This document shows positions 28,167 to 38,018 of a stretch of DNA of 64,000 bases, one piece after another. How positions within the stretch are numbered: position 1 is the stretch's first letter; every line of letters begins with the position of its first letter. The notes beneath the pieces were generated by a model. The model worked only from the letters and a program-made list of their open reading frames with translations, was not told the origin of the DNA and did not search any database. The position numbers and the translations under genes were made by a program. This stretch comes from Candidatus Micrarchaeota archaeon (lineage in GTDB: Archaea > Micrarchaeota > Micrarchaeia > Anstonellales > Anstonellaceae). The stretch spans positions 1,922 through 65,921 of the forward strand of contig JAPLWX010000028.1 of assembly GCA_026396415.1 (NCBI GenBank), in the 5' to 3' direction.

Positions 28167-29111
28167 TTGCTCGGAGTTGATGTTGTGATTGTGGTGACTG
28201 GCGGCTCGGGCTTTATCGGGGCGCACCTTTGCGAGAGGCTGCTTGACGACGGGTACGGCGTGAGGGTGGTGGACATTGTGCCGCCGAAAAGCGGAACGAA
28301 GGCGGAATTTGCAAGGGTCAGCGTGCTTGATGCGGCCCGCCTCACGAAAATACTTTCAGGCGCAGAGGGAGTGGTGCACCTTGCGGCGCTTATCGATGTC
28401 TCTGCGTCGGTCTCAGACCCGTTTTCCGACTTTTCGGTGAATGCGGCAGGCACCATGAACGTGCTGGAGGCCGCAAGGCACGCCGGCGTGAAAAAATTGG
28501 CGTTTGCCTCCTCCGCCGCGGTGTATGGCGAGCCTGTGAGGCTGCCAGTGGACGAGGAGCACCCGACCGCCCCGCTTTCGCCCTACGGCGCGGCGAAGCT
28601 TGCCGCCGAGAGGTATGTGCTCCTGTACAACTCGCTTTACGGCATGGAAAACACCGCGCTTCGGCTTTTCAACGTCTACGGCGAGGGGCAGAACGCGTCC
28701 AGCCCGTATTCCGGAGTGATTACGAAATTCGCAAATGCCATATCGGAAGGCAGCCGGCCCATGATTTTCGGCGACGGCGAGCAGACGCGCGACTTCGTGC
28801 ATGTTGATGACGTATGCGATGCGTTCGTGCGCGCCATAGAGGGGCAGGGGTGCAGCTCGCCCCTCAACATCGCATCCGGCGTGGAAACCTCGGTGCGCGA
28901 GCTCCTTGAGACGATGTGCGGGATATGCGGCGCCGACTTCTCCCCCACATACATGCCTGAGCGGAAGGGCGAAATCGCGCGCTCGGTTGCAGACATAAAG
29001 CTTGCAAGGAAGAGAATCGGGTACGCCCCGAGGATGGCGCTTTCGCAGGGGCTGCGCGAGCTATTGGAGGCAAAGGGCGGCGCGCGCTCCATATTCAGGC
29101 CAAAGAAGTAA
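28167..29111 (+). CDS. NAD-dependent nucleotide-sugar epimerase/dehydratase (GalE/WbpP-like)
   Basis: TGGSGFIGAH Rossmann motif and YGAAK catalytic YxxxK. Confidence 0.8.
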   Translation: MLGVDVVIVVTGGSGFIGAHLCERLLDDGYGVRVVDIVPPKSGTKAEFARVSVLDAARLTKILSGAEGVVHLAALIDVSASVSDPFSDFSVNAAGTMNVLEAARHAGVKKLAFASSAAVYGEPVRLPVDEEHPTAPLSPYGAAKLAAERYVLLYNSLYGMENTALRLFNVYGEGQNASSPYSGVITKFANAISEGSRPMIFGDGEQTRDFVHVDDVCDAFVRAIEGQGCSSPLNIASGVETSVRELLETMCGICGADFSPTYMPERKGEIARSVADIKLARKRIGYAPRMALSQGLRELLEAKGGARSIFRPKK

Positions 29112-29125
29112 CTGCGTAGCGCGCC

Positions 29126-30169
29126 CTACTTTTCTGAAAGTGCCTGCCTTGTTGCCTTTTTCACCATTTCGGAGTCATAGAAGAATTGGGCGATTGCGCG
29201 GCGGAACAGCGTTTCGTCTTTTATTGGCTGGTGGTCGACAGTTTCGAATTTGCGCATTTCAAGCACGCCCTCGGGAGGATAGCAGTATGATTCTGCATCC
29301 TGGGGGCTCCGCTCCTGTTCAGCCGCCATTTTCACCGCGGAAATTGCGCCCCTGACAAACTCTTCCAGGTTGCGCCTTACAATGAGCTCTGCCTCGCGGT
29401 CGCCAGTGGGGAAGGTCCGGCGGTAATAGGTGCCATCCACCGTGGCAAAGCCGGCTGCCATCTGCGGTTCGGTGTGGAATGAGGGGGCTGCAGCGGCATT
29501 TTTCATCTCGCTGTACTCGCGCGAGGCCTGCCCCACCACCTCTCCTGCAAAGCTTGCATCGCGGAAGAACTGGCGCACCATCATGCCGAATGCAAAATTG
29601 TCCTGCATGGGCTTCCCTTCCGTGGTTTCGAAAAGAGAGGCATTGAATGCGCCTTTTTCAGTGCAAAGCCCCTGTATCAGTGTAAGCCCGCGGTTGCAGG
29701 CAGTCATCGTGGTGTCTTCCGGCTTGTAGACGCCATCAGAAAGGGCTTCGAATGTAATCCTCCGAACCTCGCGAACCATGTTTTCAAGGTTGTCTCCGTG
29801 GCGGAGCAGCACCTCCTGCGCCCTGCCCTTGCCTTCCTCGTGCGCGCGCGTGTAAGTCGTGCCATCAACAGTAACATTGATGGTGGGAAGCTCGGGGCGC
29901 TCACGAGAGACTACTTTCTGCCCTTTTTTGTTTGCAGGCACAATGCGCTTCTTTTTTGGCTTGTGGCGCCAGCGCTTGCCTTTCTGCTCGGAGTTGAACG
30001 CAAGGTCGAATCTCGCCTTTTCCCCGCGCTTGAGCTTGATGGTGGTGGCAATGCCCTCCGGCTCGGGGGATGCCACATCGGAAACATTTTTCCTTTCATC
30101 CGCTTTTTTGATTTTCCTTGTTTGGAGCATCATTTCAATCACCTGCCGCCCGAGTTGATGCAGGCGCAC
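29126..30169 (-). CDS. hypothetical protein with strongly basic N-terminal region
   Basis: 347-aa ORF. The N-terminal ~100 aa are K/R-rich. No domain recognised. Confidence 0.4.
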   Translation of the reverse strand: MRLHQLGRQVIEMMLQTRKIKKADERKNVSDVASPEPEGIATTIKLKRGEKARFDLAFNSEQKGKRWRHKPKKKRIVPANKKGQKVVSRERPELPTINVTVDGTTYTRAHEEGKGRAQEVLLRHGDNLENMVREVRRITFEALSDGVYKPEDTTMTACNRGLTLIQGLCTEKGAFNASLFETTEGKPMQDNFAFGMMVRQFFRDASFAGEVVGQASREYSEMKNAAAAPSFHTEPQMAAGFATVDGTYYRRTFPTGDREAELIVRRNLEEFVRGAISAVKMAAEQERSPQDAESYCYPPEGVLEMRKFETVDHQPIKDETLFRRAIAQFFYDSEMVKKATRQALSEK

Positions 30170-30178
30170 GGAAAAGCC

Positions 30179-30886
30179 CTACTTCATCCCAAGCGCGAGG
30201 TCTATCACGCTTATGTACTGGTTGATGCTCTCGTAGTCAGTGGTGCGCCCGATGTCGAGCCAGTAGTCAGTGAAGGCAAAGCCTCCTATCTTCTGGCCTG
30301 ATTCGAGCAGGCGCGGGAATACGTCGTTGGCAAAATCCTCGCCGGGCTTTATGTGCTTGAAGATTTCCGGCTCAAAGACGTAAACGCCCGCATTCACGTA
30401 ATTCTCGACGATTGGCTTTTCGCGGAAGCGCTCGATGTTGCCGCTGGCGTCAAGGTCGGCGACGCCGTACTCGAGCGGCACGCCTTTCTTGTTGAGCGCT
30501 ATTGTGGCGATGTTGCCGCTTTTCCTGTGCGCCGCTACAACCGCGGCAATGTCCAGGCTGGAGAGGTGGTCGCCCATCATCACGATGAATGCGCCGTCCA
30601 TCTTTTCCTCGAGGGGCAGTATGGAGCCGGCCGTGCCCATCTCGCTTTTCTCTATCGAGTAGCGGAGCTTCATGCCCAGCTGCTTACCGTCCTTGAAATA
30701 GCCCTCGATCTGCTCATGCAGGTAGCCAACAGCAAGGTATGCCTCGGAAACGCCGGCGCGCTTAAGCGCGGTGAGGACGTATTGCAGCAGCGGCTTTTTG
30801 CCAAGCGGCAGCATGGGCTTGGGTATGGTGTAGGTGTAGGGGCGCAATCTTGTGCCTTTCCCTCCGCAGAGTACTATTGCCTTCAT
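30179..30886 (-). CDS. sugar-1-phosphate nucleotidyltransferase
   Basis: MKAIVLCGGKGTRLRPYT N-terminal NTP-transferase signature. Confidence 0.8.
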   Translation of the reverse strand: MKAIVLCGGKGTRLRPYTYTIPKPMLPLGKKPLLQYVLTALKRAGVSEAYLAVGYLHEQIEGYFKDGKQLGMKLRYSIEKSEMGTAGSILPLEEKMDGAFIVMMGDHLSSLDIAAVVAAHRKSGNIATIALNKKGVPLEYGVADLDASGNIERFREKPIVENYVNAGVYVFEPEIFKHIKPGEDFANDVFPRLLESGQKIGGFAFTDYWLDIGRTTDYESINQYISVIDLALGMK

Positions 30887-30908
30887 AAAATCCCTCCAAA
30901 ATGCCATG

Positions 30909-31406
30909 TCACCGGAATGAGATTGCCTGCACGTCAAGCGAGCGCAGCTCCTCCACTGCCTTGCGGGGCAGCCTGCCCTCCACCACCACCATCATTTTCG
31001 GCTCTGGATACAGGTCAGGGTCGTCGGTGATTATCTGCCTTATGCCAACCTTGTGCCGCGCAAGCACGGACGCCACCTTCGCGGTCAGCCCCACGGTGTT
31101 GGGGTCGGCGTCAATCTCTATTACGTCGTGCCCGAAATGCTTTGCAGCGCGCGAGACGTTTGAGATGGGGAAGAGCGAGGAGAATACCGCAAATAGCTTC
31201 GGGTCGTCGGCAATCTCGCGGGCGGTCTCGATGACCACGCGCCTGTCCACGCCCATCGCCCTGCCCATTTTTGCAGGCGCAAGCTCTATGCTGTCGCAGT
31301 AGAGCCTTCCCTCGCCGTCCACGCGCACGCCGATTCTAAGCATGGCCGAAACCACCCGCAGCTTGGCGCGCTGCCCGGCGAAGCGTTCCTCAAGATATTG
31401 GAGCAT
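30909..31406 (-). CDS. conserved hypothetical protein (possible ACT-domain regulator, COG2150-like)
   Basis: About 165 aa, typical archaeal small conserved protein. Assignment is tentative. Confidence 0.4.
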   Translation of the reverse strand: MLQYLEERFAGQRAKLRVVSAMLRIGVRVDGEGRLYCDSIELAPAKMGRAMGVDRRVVIETAREIADDPKLFAVFSSLFPISNVSRAAKHFGHDVIEIDADPNTVGLTAKVASVLARHKVGIRQIITDDPDLYPEPKMMVVVEGRLPRKAVEELRSLDVQAISFR

Positions 31407-31781
31407 ATGTACAATATTGCACAAAAATGTTTAAAAAGGTTCATCATTACAAAGAAGCCCGCGGCGATACGATGGGTATGGGACAGGGAACGAAAAGCCA
31501 GGGCGGCGAACTTTCGCCCGCGGCCACGCATGGGCGCAGGAGCACGGAAGGGAGGCAGGGCGTGTTTAATGGAAATAAATGCATAGCCGAAGGGATTGGG
31601 CACAAGGAAACAGGGGCGCAGGGAAAGACGCCCCTTGCCCTTTGGCTGCAATGGGGAGCGGCAATCGCCGCCTGAGATTGGGAGCGACCATTACCCGAGG
31701 ATGAACGTGCCGCGGCAGGGCGGGAGGGCCAGGTTCGAGGAATTGCCGCCTTTTTCCCGCGGGTTTTGCTAGGGCTGGCAG

Positions 31782-32690
31782 TCAGGCAAGGAACCCCGAG
31801 ATGGGGCCGAAAAGGAAGAGCAGGGGCAGGCTCGCCAGCGTAGTAGCCACCGTGGCCTCGGCAACAAGGGCGGCATCCAGCGAGAACTCGCGCGCTATCA
31901 CGAAATTTGTCACGGCAACCGGCATCAGGGCTTCCAGGAACGAAAGCTGCAGGACATACCCCCTCATTCCGAACAGGAAGGCAAGGCAGAGCATGACGAG
32001 CGGGAAGAACGCCATTTTTGCAAGGAACAGCGCCGCAACCTGCGCCATCTTTTGCCCCAGCTTTTTCCCGTACAAAAACGCGCCCATTGCAAAGAGTGCA
32101 AGCGGCACCGTGGTTGCGCCGACAAGCGAGAGCGTGTCGGACAGGATGGATGGCAGGGCAATGCCGGAAATGGAAACCAGGGCGCCAATCACGCACGAGT
32201 AAAGCACGGTGTTGCCCAGGAGCTTGCGGAAGGAAAACTCGTGCCTGCCCTTGCCTGACATGATGCCGAGAAGCAGCAGCCCCACGGTGAATATGATGAA
32301 ATTGTAGGCAAAGGCTATCACGGCCGCGTCAGCGATTGCAGGCTCCCCGAAATACGCCTGCGCGGCAGGAAACCCCATGAACACCACGTTCCCGAAAAAC
32401 GAGCAGAGAAGGAGGGCTGATGCAAATTTCCCCTTCACGATGCCTGCGTAGTACAGGGCGCACACCGCGATGATGGAAACCGCGATTGCAGCCCCGTTGA
32501 GGAGGATGAGGGAAAGATGCTGCCCGGAAAGCGAAGTGGTTGCAAGCTTGACGAGTATGAGGCACGGCATGGAAACGTAATAGACAAAGCCGCTCAGCTC
32601 CTTTTCCGCCCCCTCGCCGAGAAGCGAGAAATGGCGGGCAATGAACCCGAGCGCGATCATTGCAACAAGGACTAGGATGGGTTCGAGCAT
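31782..32690 (-). CDS. AEC (auxin efflux carrier) family membrane transporter
   Basis: About 300 aa with ten TM segments and AEC-like N- and C-terminal repeats. Start overlaps the upstream stop (ATGA). Confidence 0.65.
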   Translation of the reverse strand: MLEPILVLVAMIALGFIARHFSLLGEGAEKELSGFVYYVSMPCLILVKLATTSLSGQHLSLILLNGAAIAVSIIAVCALYYAGIVKGKFASALLLCSFFGNVVFMGFPAAQAYFGEPAIADAAVIAFAYNFIIFTVGLLLLGIMSGKGRHEFSFRKLLGNTVLYSCVIGALVSISGIALPSILSDTLSLVGATTVPLALFAMGAFLYGKKLGQKMAQVAALFLAKMAFFPLVMLCLAFLFGMRGYVLQLSFLEALMPVAVTNFVIAREFSLDAALVAEATVATTLASLPLLFLFGPISGFLA

Positions 32691-33826
32691 CAGCTTTTCA
32701 CCTTTTTCTCCCAGCGCTCCATTTTCCCCTCGAATTTTTCCAGGATGTCGAAAATGCGCTGGGATGTTTTCCCGTCGCCGTATGGATTCTTGGCAGCGCG
32801 CATCCTTTCCGCCGCGCCTTTTTCGAACAGCACCCTGCTCACCTCGCGCATTATGCCCTCCTTTTCGCACCCCACGCACAAGTTGGCGCCGGAAGACACG
32901 CTTTCAGGGCGGTCGGTGACATATCGGAGGGTAAGGCACGGGATGTGCAGCGCGCTGCATTCCTCCTGCATCCCCCCTGAGTCGGTGAGGACCAGGTCCG
33001 ATTCCAGCATGAGGCGAAGCGCGTCCGTGTATTTGGGAAGGCAGGGCACCCATTGTATGTGCTTTGCTTTCCTTATCCGCTCGATGTAGCCGCCCTTTTC
33101 AGCCGTCATTTGCGTGGATGGAAGCACGGAGCAGAAGAAATTCACCTCGTCCATGCCAAGGAGGGACTCGAATATGCCTGACATGCGCGCCTTGGAAAGC
33201 ATGTTCTCCTGACGGTGGCATGACCAGAAGACGAACGGCTTTTTCACATTGAACTTTTCGGCTATCCTGCTTTTCTGCCTTGCAAGCGCAGCATGCTGGA
33301 GCGCGGCATCCACCACGGTGTTGCCCACCACGAACAGGCGCTCTGCAGGCACGTGCTCGGACATTAGGTCGGATGCGTTCTTTCCGGTTGCGGCAAAAAA
33401 AAGCGCGGAGCAGGCGTCCGACGTCTTGGTGCATATCTGCTCAGGGTAAGGCTCCCAGGAGTAGGTGCGCAACCCCGCCTCCACATGCCCGACCGGGACA
33501 AGGGAAAGCGCGGCGGCCTGGGAGAAGAACATCGCGGTGAACGTGTCGCCGTGAGTGAGCACGATGTCCGGCTTTTCCTTCCTGCAGATTTTCTCGAATT
33601 CCACAAGTATCCTTGCGCCCATCTCGCATGAGCTGCCCTTTGCCCCGATGTCGTAGTCCGGGCGCGGGATCTCCAGGTCGTCGAAAAGGCCGTGGTAGAG
33701 GTTGTCGTCGTAGTGCTGGCCGCTCCACACCACGATGTTTTTGTGCCCGCGGCGCAGGCCCTCCTTTATGAGGGGCGCCATCTTTATGGCGCAGGCGCGG
33801 CTGCCGAATGCATGGATTATCTTCAT
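32690..33826 (-). CDS. wecB: UDP-N-acetylglucosamine 2-epimerase (non-hydrolysing)
   Basis: Conserved WecB blocks (HVEAGLRT, LVLTDSGG, QEE) over 378 aa. Confidence 0.85.
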   Translation of the reverse strand: MKIIHAFGSRACAIKMAPLIKEGLRRGHKNIVVWSGQHYDDNLYHGLFDDLEIPRPDYDIGAKGSSCEMGARILVEFEKICRKEKPDIVLTHGDTFTAMFFSQAAALSLVPVGHVEAGLRTYSWEPYPEQICTKTSDACSALFFAATGKNASDLMSEHVPAERLFVVGNTVVDAALQHAALARQKSRIAEKFNVKKPFVFWSCHRQENMLSKARMSGIFESLLGMDEVNFFCSVLPSTQMTAEKGGYIERIRKAKHIQWVPCLPKYTDALRLMLESDLVLTDSGGMQEECSALHIPCLTLRYVTDRPESVSSGANLCVGCEKEGIMREVSRVLFEKGAAERMRAAKNPYGDGKTSQRIFDILEKFEGKMERWEKKVKS

Positions 33827-33916
33827 CGAATCTTCCCCATAATTTGTCCTATGATAGGCTTAAATTGGTTGGTCATGCCCAAGGGCGGCGCAGTCCCGCC
33901 AGGCGCCTGGCGCCGC

Positions 33917-35284
33917 TTATGCCTTCCCCGCCGCCTCACGCACGATTTCCGCGTATTCCTCCATCAGGCCCTCGGCGCGCTTTTTCGTTTTCCCCTCTGC
34001 AAACACGCGCATGCAGTCCTCGGTGCCCGATGCGCGCGCAATCACCCATCCGTCGTCAAAGTCGCAGCGCACGCCATCCGCCAGCGTGAGGCGGGCGCCG
34101 CTCCCCCTGGCATGCGCCTTCGCCGCGTTTAGCCCGGCTGCCTTTGCCTGCGCTCCTTTTGCCTCTATTTTTGTCTTGCTGTTGAAGTATTCGGGCAGTT
34201 CCGAGACAAGCTCGGAAAGCGGCGTGCGGCACGCCATTTCGCATATCTTTGCAGATGCGAACAGCCCGTCCTTGGCAAGCGAGAAGCGCGGCCAGATGAT
34301 GCCGCCCACCTCCTCCCCGCCCGAGACTGCGCGCGCGCCAAGGGCTGCCATTTTTTCGGACAGGTACGGCGCGCCGACCGCGGTGTAAACTGTTTTTGCC
34401 CCAAGCGCAGCGCATGCTTCCTCCACGCACCTGCTTGTCGCGACCGTGGTGACAATGAGCTTTTCCTTCTGCTTCTTGGCCTCGCGGCACGCCTGCACGG
34501 CCGAGATTGCAAATCCCTTGTCGCCCACTATCCAGCTGCCTTTTTCATCCACGAAAACCACGCGGTCCGAGTCGCCGTCCCAGGCAACCCCCAGGTCGCA
34601 GCCCTCCGCCTTCACTGTTTTGGCAAGCTGCTGCACATTCGCCTCGGTCGGCTCGGATGGCCTGCCGGGGAAATTGCCGTCGATGCTTTCATTCAGCGCA
34701 AACACTTCGCAGCCAAGGGAAGAGAACACCCCTTGCGAAAGCGCCGATGTCCCATTGCCAAAATCAAGGGCAATTCGCAGATGGCGCTTCCTTATTTTTG
34801 CCGCAGCCACGCCGCCTTGCACTGCGCGCGCATGCACGGCAGCTGCTTCGGGAATCGGGCGCGCTTTCCCGACGGATTGCCAGCCGGCCAGGCAGTAGGT
34901 CCTTGCAAGCGCGGTCTGCCCGATAAGCTCGCCGCGCTCGCGGCTGACCGCCACGCCTTCCCCGTCCACGAACTTCAGCGCGTTCCATTCCGGCGCATTG
35001 TGCGAGGCTGTCACTATCACCAGGCCGCCTGCCTTCTGCTGCGCAAGGGTGAACTCGGCAACAGGCGATGATGCCAGCCCGATATCCAGCACGTCCTTTC
35101 CCGCAGCCATTATTCCCGACGCAGCGGCTGAATGCAGCATTGGGGAGGTGAGGCGCATGTCGCGCGCAAGCACGATTGCCTGCCCTTTGCTCCAGCTGGC
35201 AAATGATGCGCACAGGCCGAATGCAAGCGCGGGCGTGAGGGCATCCAGCCTTCCGCGCACGCCGTTGGTTCCGAAAAGCGCCAT
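33917..35284 (-). CDS. phosphoglucosamine/phosphomanno-mutase (alpha-D-phosphohexomutase family)
   Basis: TASHNAPEWN active-site serine motif, GDGDSDR metal-binding loop and GTNGVRG N-terminus. Confidence 0.85.
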   Translation of the reverse strand: MALFGTNGVRGRLDALTPALAFGLCASFASWSKGQAIVLARDMRLTSPMLHSAAASGIMAAGKDVLDIGLASSPVAEFTLAQQKAGGLVIVTASHNAPEWNALKFVDGEGVAVSRERGELIGQTALARTYCLAGWQSVGKARPIPEAAAVHARAVQGGVAAAKIRKRHLRIALDFGNGTSALSQGVFSSLGCEVFALNESIDGNFPGRPSEPTEANVQQLAKTVKAEGCDLGVAWDGDSDRVVFVDEKGSWIVGDKGFAISAVQACREAKKQKEKLIVTTVATSRCVEEACAALGAKTVYTAVGAPYLSEKMAALGARAVSGGEEVGGIIWPRFSLAKDGLFASAKICEMACRTPLSELVSELPEYFNSKTKIEAKGAQAKAAGLNAAKAHARGSGARLTLADGVRCDFDDGWVIARASGTEDCMRVFAEGKTKKRAEGLMEEYAEIVREAAGKA

Positions 35285-35356
35285 CAAACCACCAAAGGCA
35301 GGCATCCGCCCCTGCCAGCCGTTTTTGTACCGAACAATGCCATAAAAACGCCAGAT

Positions 35357-36997
35357 TCAATCTTCCACGCCATAAGATGCTATCTTTTCCGCAATTGATA
35401 TCGCCCCCTGCGGCAGGTGCGCCTTGCCTGCGGCAGAATACAGCAGGTCAATGTCCTCGCGTTTGAAGGTGCGCAGAAGCAGCGCCACAACGCCGAACAG
35501 GGCAAGCCCCACGCAGCCCATGATGCCGAGAAGCGCGAGATAGGAGAATTTGTAGGCATAAAGCGCGATTTCGCCAGTGCCGATTGCAGGTATGCCAGAG
35601 GCGAGCAGGGCTGCGGATGGCTTGAGGAGCATTATTGCCGCAAAGGCAACTGCGCCGGCAATGAAGAGCTTGTAGATTTCGAGCGGGGTTTTGTAGTCAA
35701 GGTATTGCCTGCCATAGCGCTCAAACATCAGCGCCGAAAGCAGGAATGCCGCTGCGGAGGCGAATGCCGCGCCTTCCATGCCAAAGCCGGGTATCAGGAG
35801 GATGTTCAGTATGACATTTGCGATGCCCACCACAATGGCGACATTGAGCTCGAGGCGCACCAGGCGCATGCCTGCAAGTGCAAGCGTTATCGGATAGATG
35901 ATGGTGGAGAACATGAGGCCCAATATGAAAATCGCCATTGCATTGCCTCCTGAGCGGTACGGGCTTCCGTAGAAAACGGACAGCATCTCACCTGCAAATG
36001 CCATGGTGGCAAGCGCTATCGGGATGGTGATGAACAGTATCCAGCGCTGCGAAGTCTGCACCACCTTCCTCATGGTGGCGTGGTCGTCCTTGCCTGCGAG
36101 GCGGGAAATCACTGGAAGGAAAATGCTGCCGAATGCGCTGGGGAATACCATTATGGTCAGCGCAAGCTGGGTGGCAATCGAGTAAATTGCGACCGTCTCT
36201 ATCGATGTCGCCGGGTTGCCAAAATAGCCCAGAAGCATGCGGTCGGTGGAGGATATGAGCGCCCAGAATGATCCGACGATGGTGAGGGTTATGCCGAAGG
36301 GAAGAATGTCGTGCATCAGTTCCGAGTTGGAAAGCGGCCCGCCCTCTTTGAAATCGTGGCCCTCCATGCTGCGCAGAAGAATCGGCACGCTCAATAAGAG
36401 GGCTGCCAGGAAGGAAAGGGCAAAAGCCGCAGAAAGCGTGAACAGCGTGGCCCCATAAAAGCTGAAAAGCAGGAGGGTGAAAGCGAGCTTTGTTATGTTT
36501 TGCACGTTGCTGAGGAACTGGCACGATTTTATGTCGCCCCTGCCCTGGAGGTAGCTGGCGGGCACCTTGGATAGGTTTTCGAAGACCACGTATGCGGCAA
36601 GCAGGCGCAGCCCCTCTGCGAGGGCTGCGTTTTGATAGAACGCGCCTATGGGGTCGGCATATATGAAAAGCGCGGCTGAAAGCGCCGCGCCCAGCACCAG
36701 CTCCACTGCAAAACTTATCTTCAGGAGGGAGAGCGCCTTGCCGCCCTGCTTTTTTGCCTCGTAAAACGGGATGTAGCGCTGCAGCGCGGCAGGGAGCCCC
36801 AGGTCGCGCCAGAAGCCGACCACGCCTATCACCGAAAGCGCAAGGTAAAACAGCCCGACGTTCTCCTGGGAGAACGCGCGCGCCACGTAGATGGCATAGG
36901 CAAACGAGACCAGCTTGAGCAGGAGCGTGCCCACCAAGCCCCAGAAGCTGCCCCATGCAACCTCGTGGGAATGCTTGGCCGCATTATCATCTTCCAT
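35357..36997 (-). CDS. oligosaccharide flippase (MOP superfamily, Wzx/AglR-like)
   Basis: About 545 aa with 14 predicted TM segments and polysaccharide-biosynthesis-protein architecture. Confidence 0.75.
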   Translation of the reverse strand: MEDDNAAKHSHEVAWGSFWGLVGTLLLKLVSFAYAIYVARAFSQENVGLFYLALSVIGVVGFWRDLGLPAALQRYIPFYEAKKQGGKALSLLKISFAVELVLGAALSAALFIYADPIGAFYQNAALAEGLRLLAAYVVFENLSKVPASYLQGRGDIKSCQFLSNVQNITKLAFTLLLFSFYGATLFTLSAAFALSFLAALLLSVPILLRSMEGHDFKEGGPLSNSELMHDILPFGITLTIVGSFWALISSTDRMLLGYFGNPATSIETVAIYSIATQLALTIMVFPSAFGSIFLPVISRLAGKDDHATMRKVVQTSQRWILFITIPIALATMAFAGEMLSVFYGSPYRSGGNAMAIFILGLMFSTIIYPITLALAGMRLVRLELNVAIVVGIANVILNILLIPGFGMEGAAFASAAAFLLSALMFERYGRQYLDYKTPLEIYKLFIAGAVAFAAIMLLKPSAALLASGIPAIGTGEIALYAYKFSYLALLGIMGCVGLALFGVVALLLRTFKREDIDLLYSAAGKAHLPQGAISIAEKIASYGVED

Positions 36998-37058
36998 GGC
37001 GCTTGAATGTGCAGGATACTTATAAAATGGTATTTGGAGTGAATGACTGCGTGTTTGC

Positions 37059-37784
37059 ATGGAGCAGGACCCATCGGAGCTGACCGCCATAGTGCTTGCC
37101 GGGGGCCTAGGCACGCGGCTGCGCCCCATCACAGAGAAGGTGCCCAAGCCGCTGGTGATGGTGAAAGGCAGGCCTTTCCTGGATTACCTGCTGGAAAAAA
37201 TCGCGCGCATGGGGCTGAGGAGGTGCGTGCTGCTGGTCGGCTACAAGGGAGGGATGATTGAGGATTATTGCGGGGGCGGGAAAAAGTGGGGGCTGAAGAT
37301 ATCATACTCCCATGAGAAGGAGCAGCTGGGCACAGGCGGGGCGCTGGTGAATGCCGTTGCACACCTGCACTCTGCGGCGCTGGTGCTCAACGGAGACAGC
37401 TACCTGGACATTGACGCGCGCGCATTCTATGCATTCCACTGCAAGAGAGGGGCGCTGGCAACGGTCTATGCCATGCAGGGCGCGCTTGAGGCGCGCGGCG
37501 AGGTGGTGGCGGACGAGGCAGGCTGCGTGGAGGCGTTCCGCGAAAAGCAAGGGAGCGGCTTCGGGCTCTTCAACACCGGCGCGTACATCATCGAGAAGCA
37601 GGCTGTGGAATTCCTTGCGCAGCAGGTGGAGGAAGGCGCGCTTCCCGCCGCATTTTCCATGGAGCGCGACGGCTTTCCGCTTTTTGTGAAGAAAGGCTGG
37701 CTGTTTGCCCATGTCGGCACGGGGAAGTTTTTGGACATAGGCACATTCAAGTCGCTTGAGGAGGCGGGGGAAATGCTGCCGTAG
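37059..37784 (+). CDS. sugar-1-phosphate nucleotidyltransferase (heptose-1-P guanylyltransferase-like)
   Basis: IVLAGGLGTRLRPIT signature. 241-aa short form typical of HddC/GMPP-like enzymes. Confidence 0.7.
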   Translation: MEQDPSELTAIVLAGGLGTRLRPITEKVPKPLVMVKGRPFLDYLLEKIARMGLRRCVLLVGYKGGMIEDYCGGGKKWGLKISYSHEKEQLGTGGALVNAVAHLHSAALVLNGDSYLDIDARAFYAFHCKRGALATVYAMQGALEARGEVVADEAGCVEAFREKQGSGFGLFNTGAYIIEKQAVEFLAQQVEEGALPAAFSMERDGFPLFVKKGWLFAHVGTGKFLDIGTFKSLEEAGEMLP

Positions 37785-37824
37785 TGATGCTTGAACCGGA
37801 CTCGTGGAGGAGGTGCCTGCTAAT

Positions 37825-37975
37825 TATAGCAAACCACGAAAGTTCTTCAGCATCGCCCGAAGGGCGATGTCTGATGCAAAATGCAACGGCATTTTGCACA
37901 TCGACAATCCTGCTTCGGATTGCAGACGTGGTTTGGCATGTAGTAGAGCCGAATTGCTTTTCGGCTCTGCTATAG
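37825..37975. mobile_element. MITE-like element copy 2
   Basis: Same termini and hairpin modules as copy 1, with a ~75-nt internal insertion. Confidence 0.5.
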
Positions 37976-38018
37976 TTGAATGATTTATGCCCTGGCTTTC
38001 CCTTGTTGCGCTGCGAGC

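Noticed and set aside
31447-32196. 249-aa ORF spanning the intergenic region and the 3' end of the AEC transporter gene
   Set aside because: It overlaps a better-supported gene antisense. The translation is Arg/Pro/Ala/Cys-rich low complexity.
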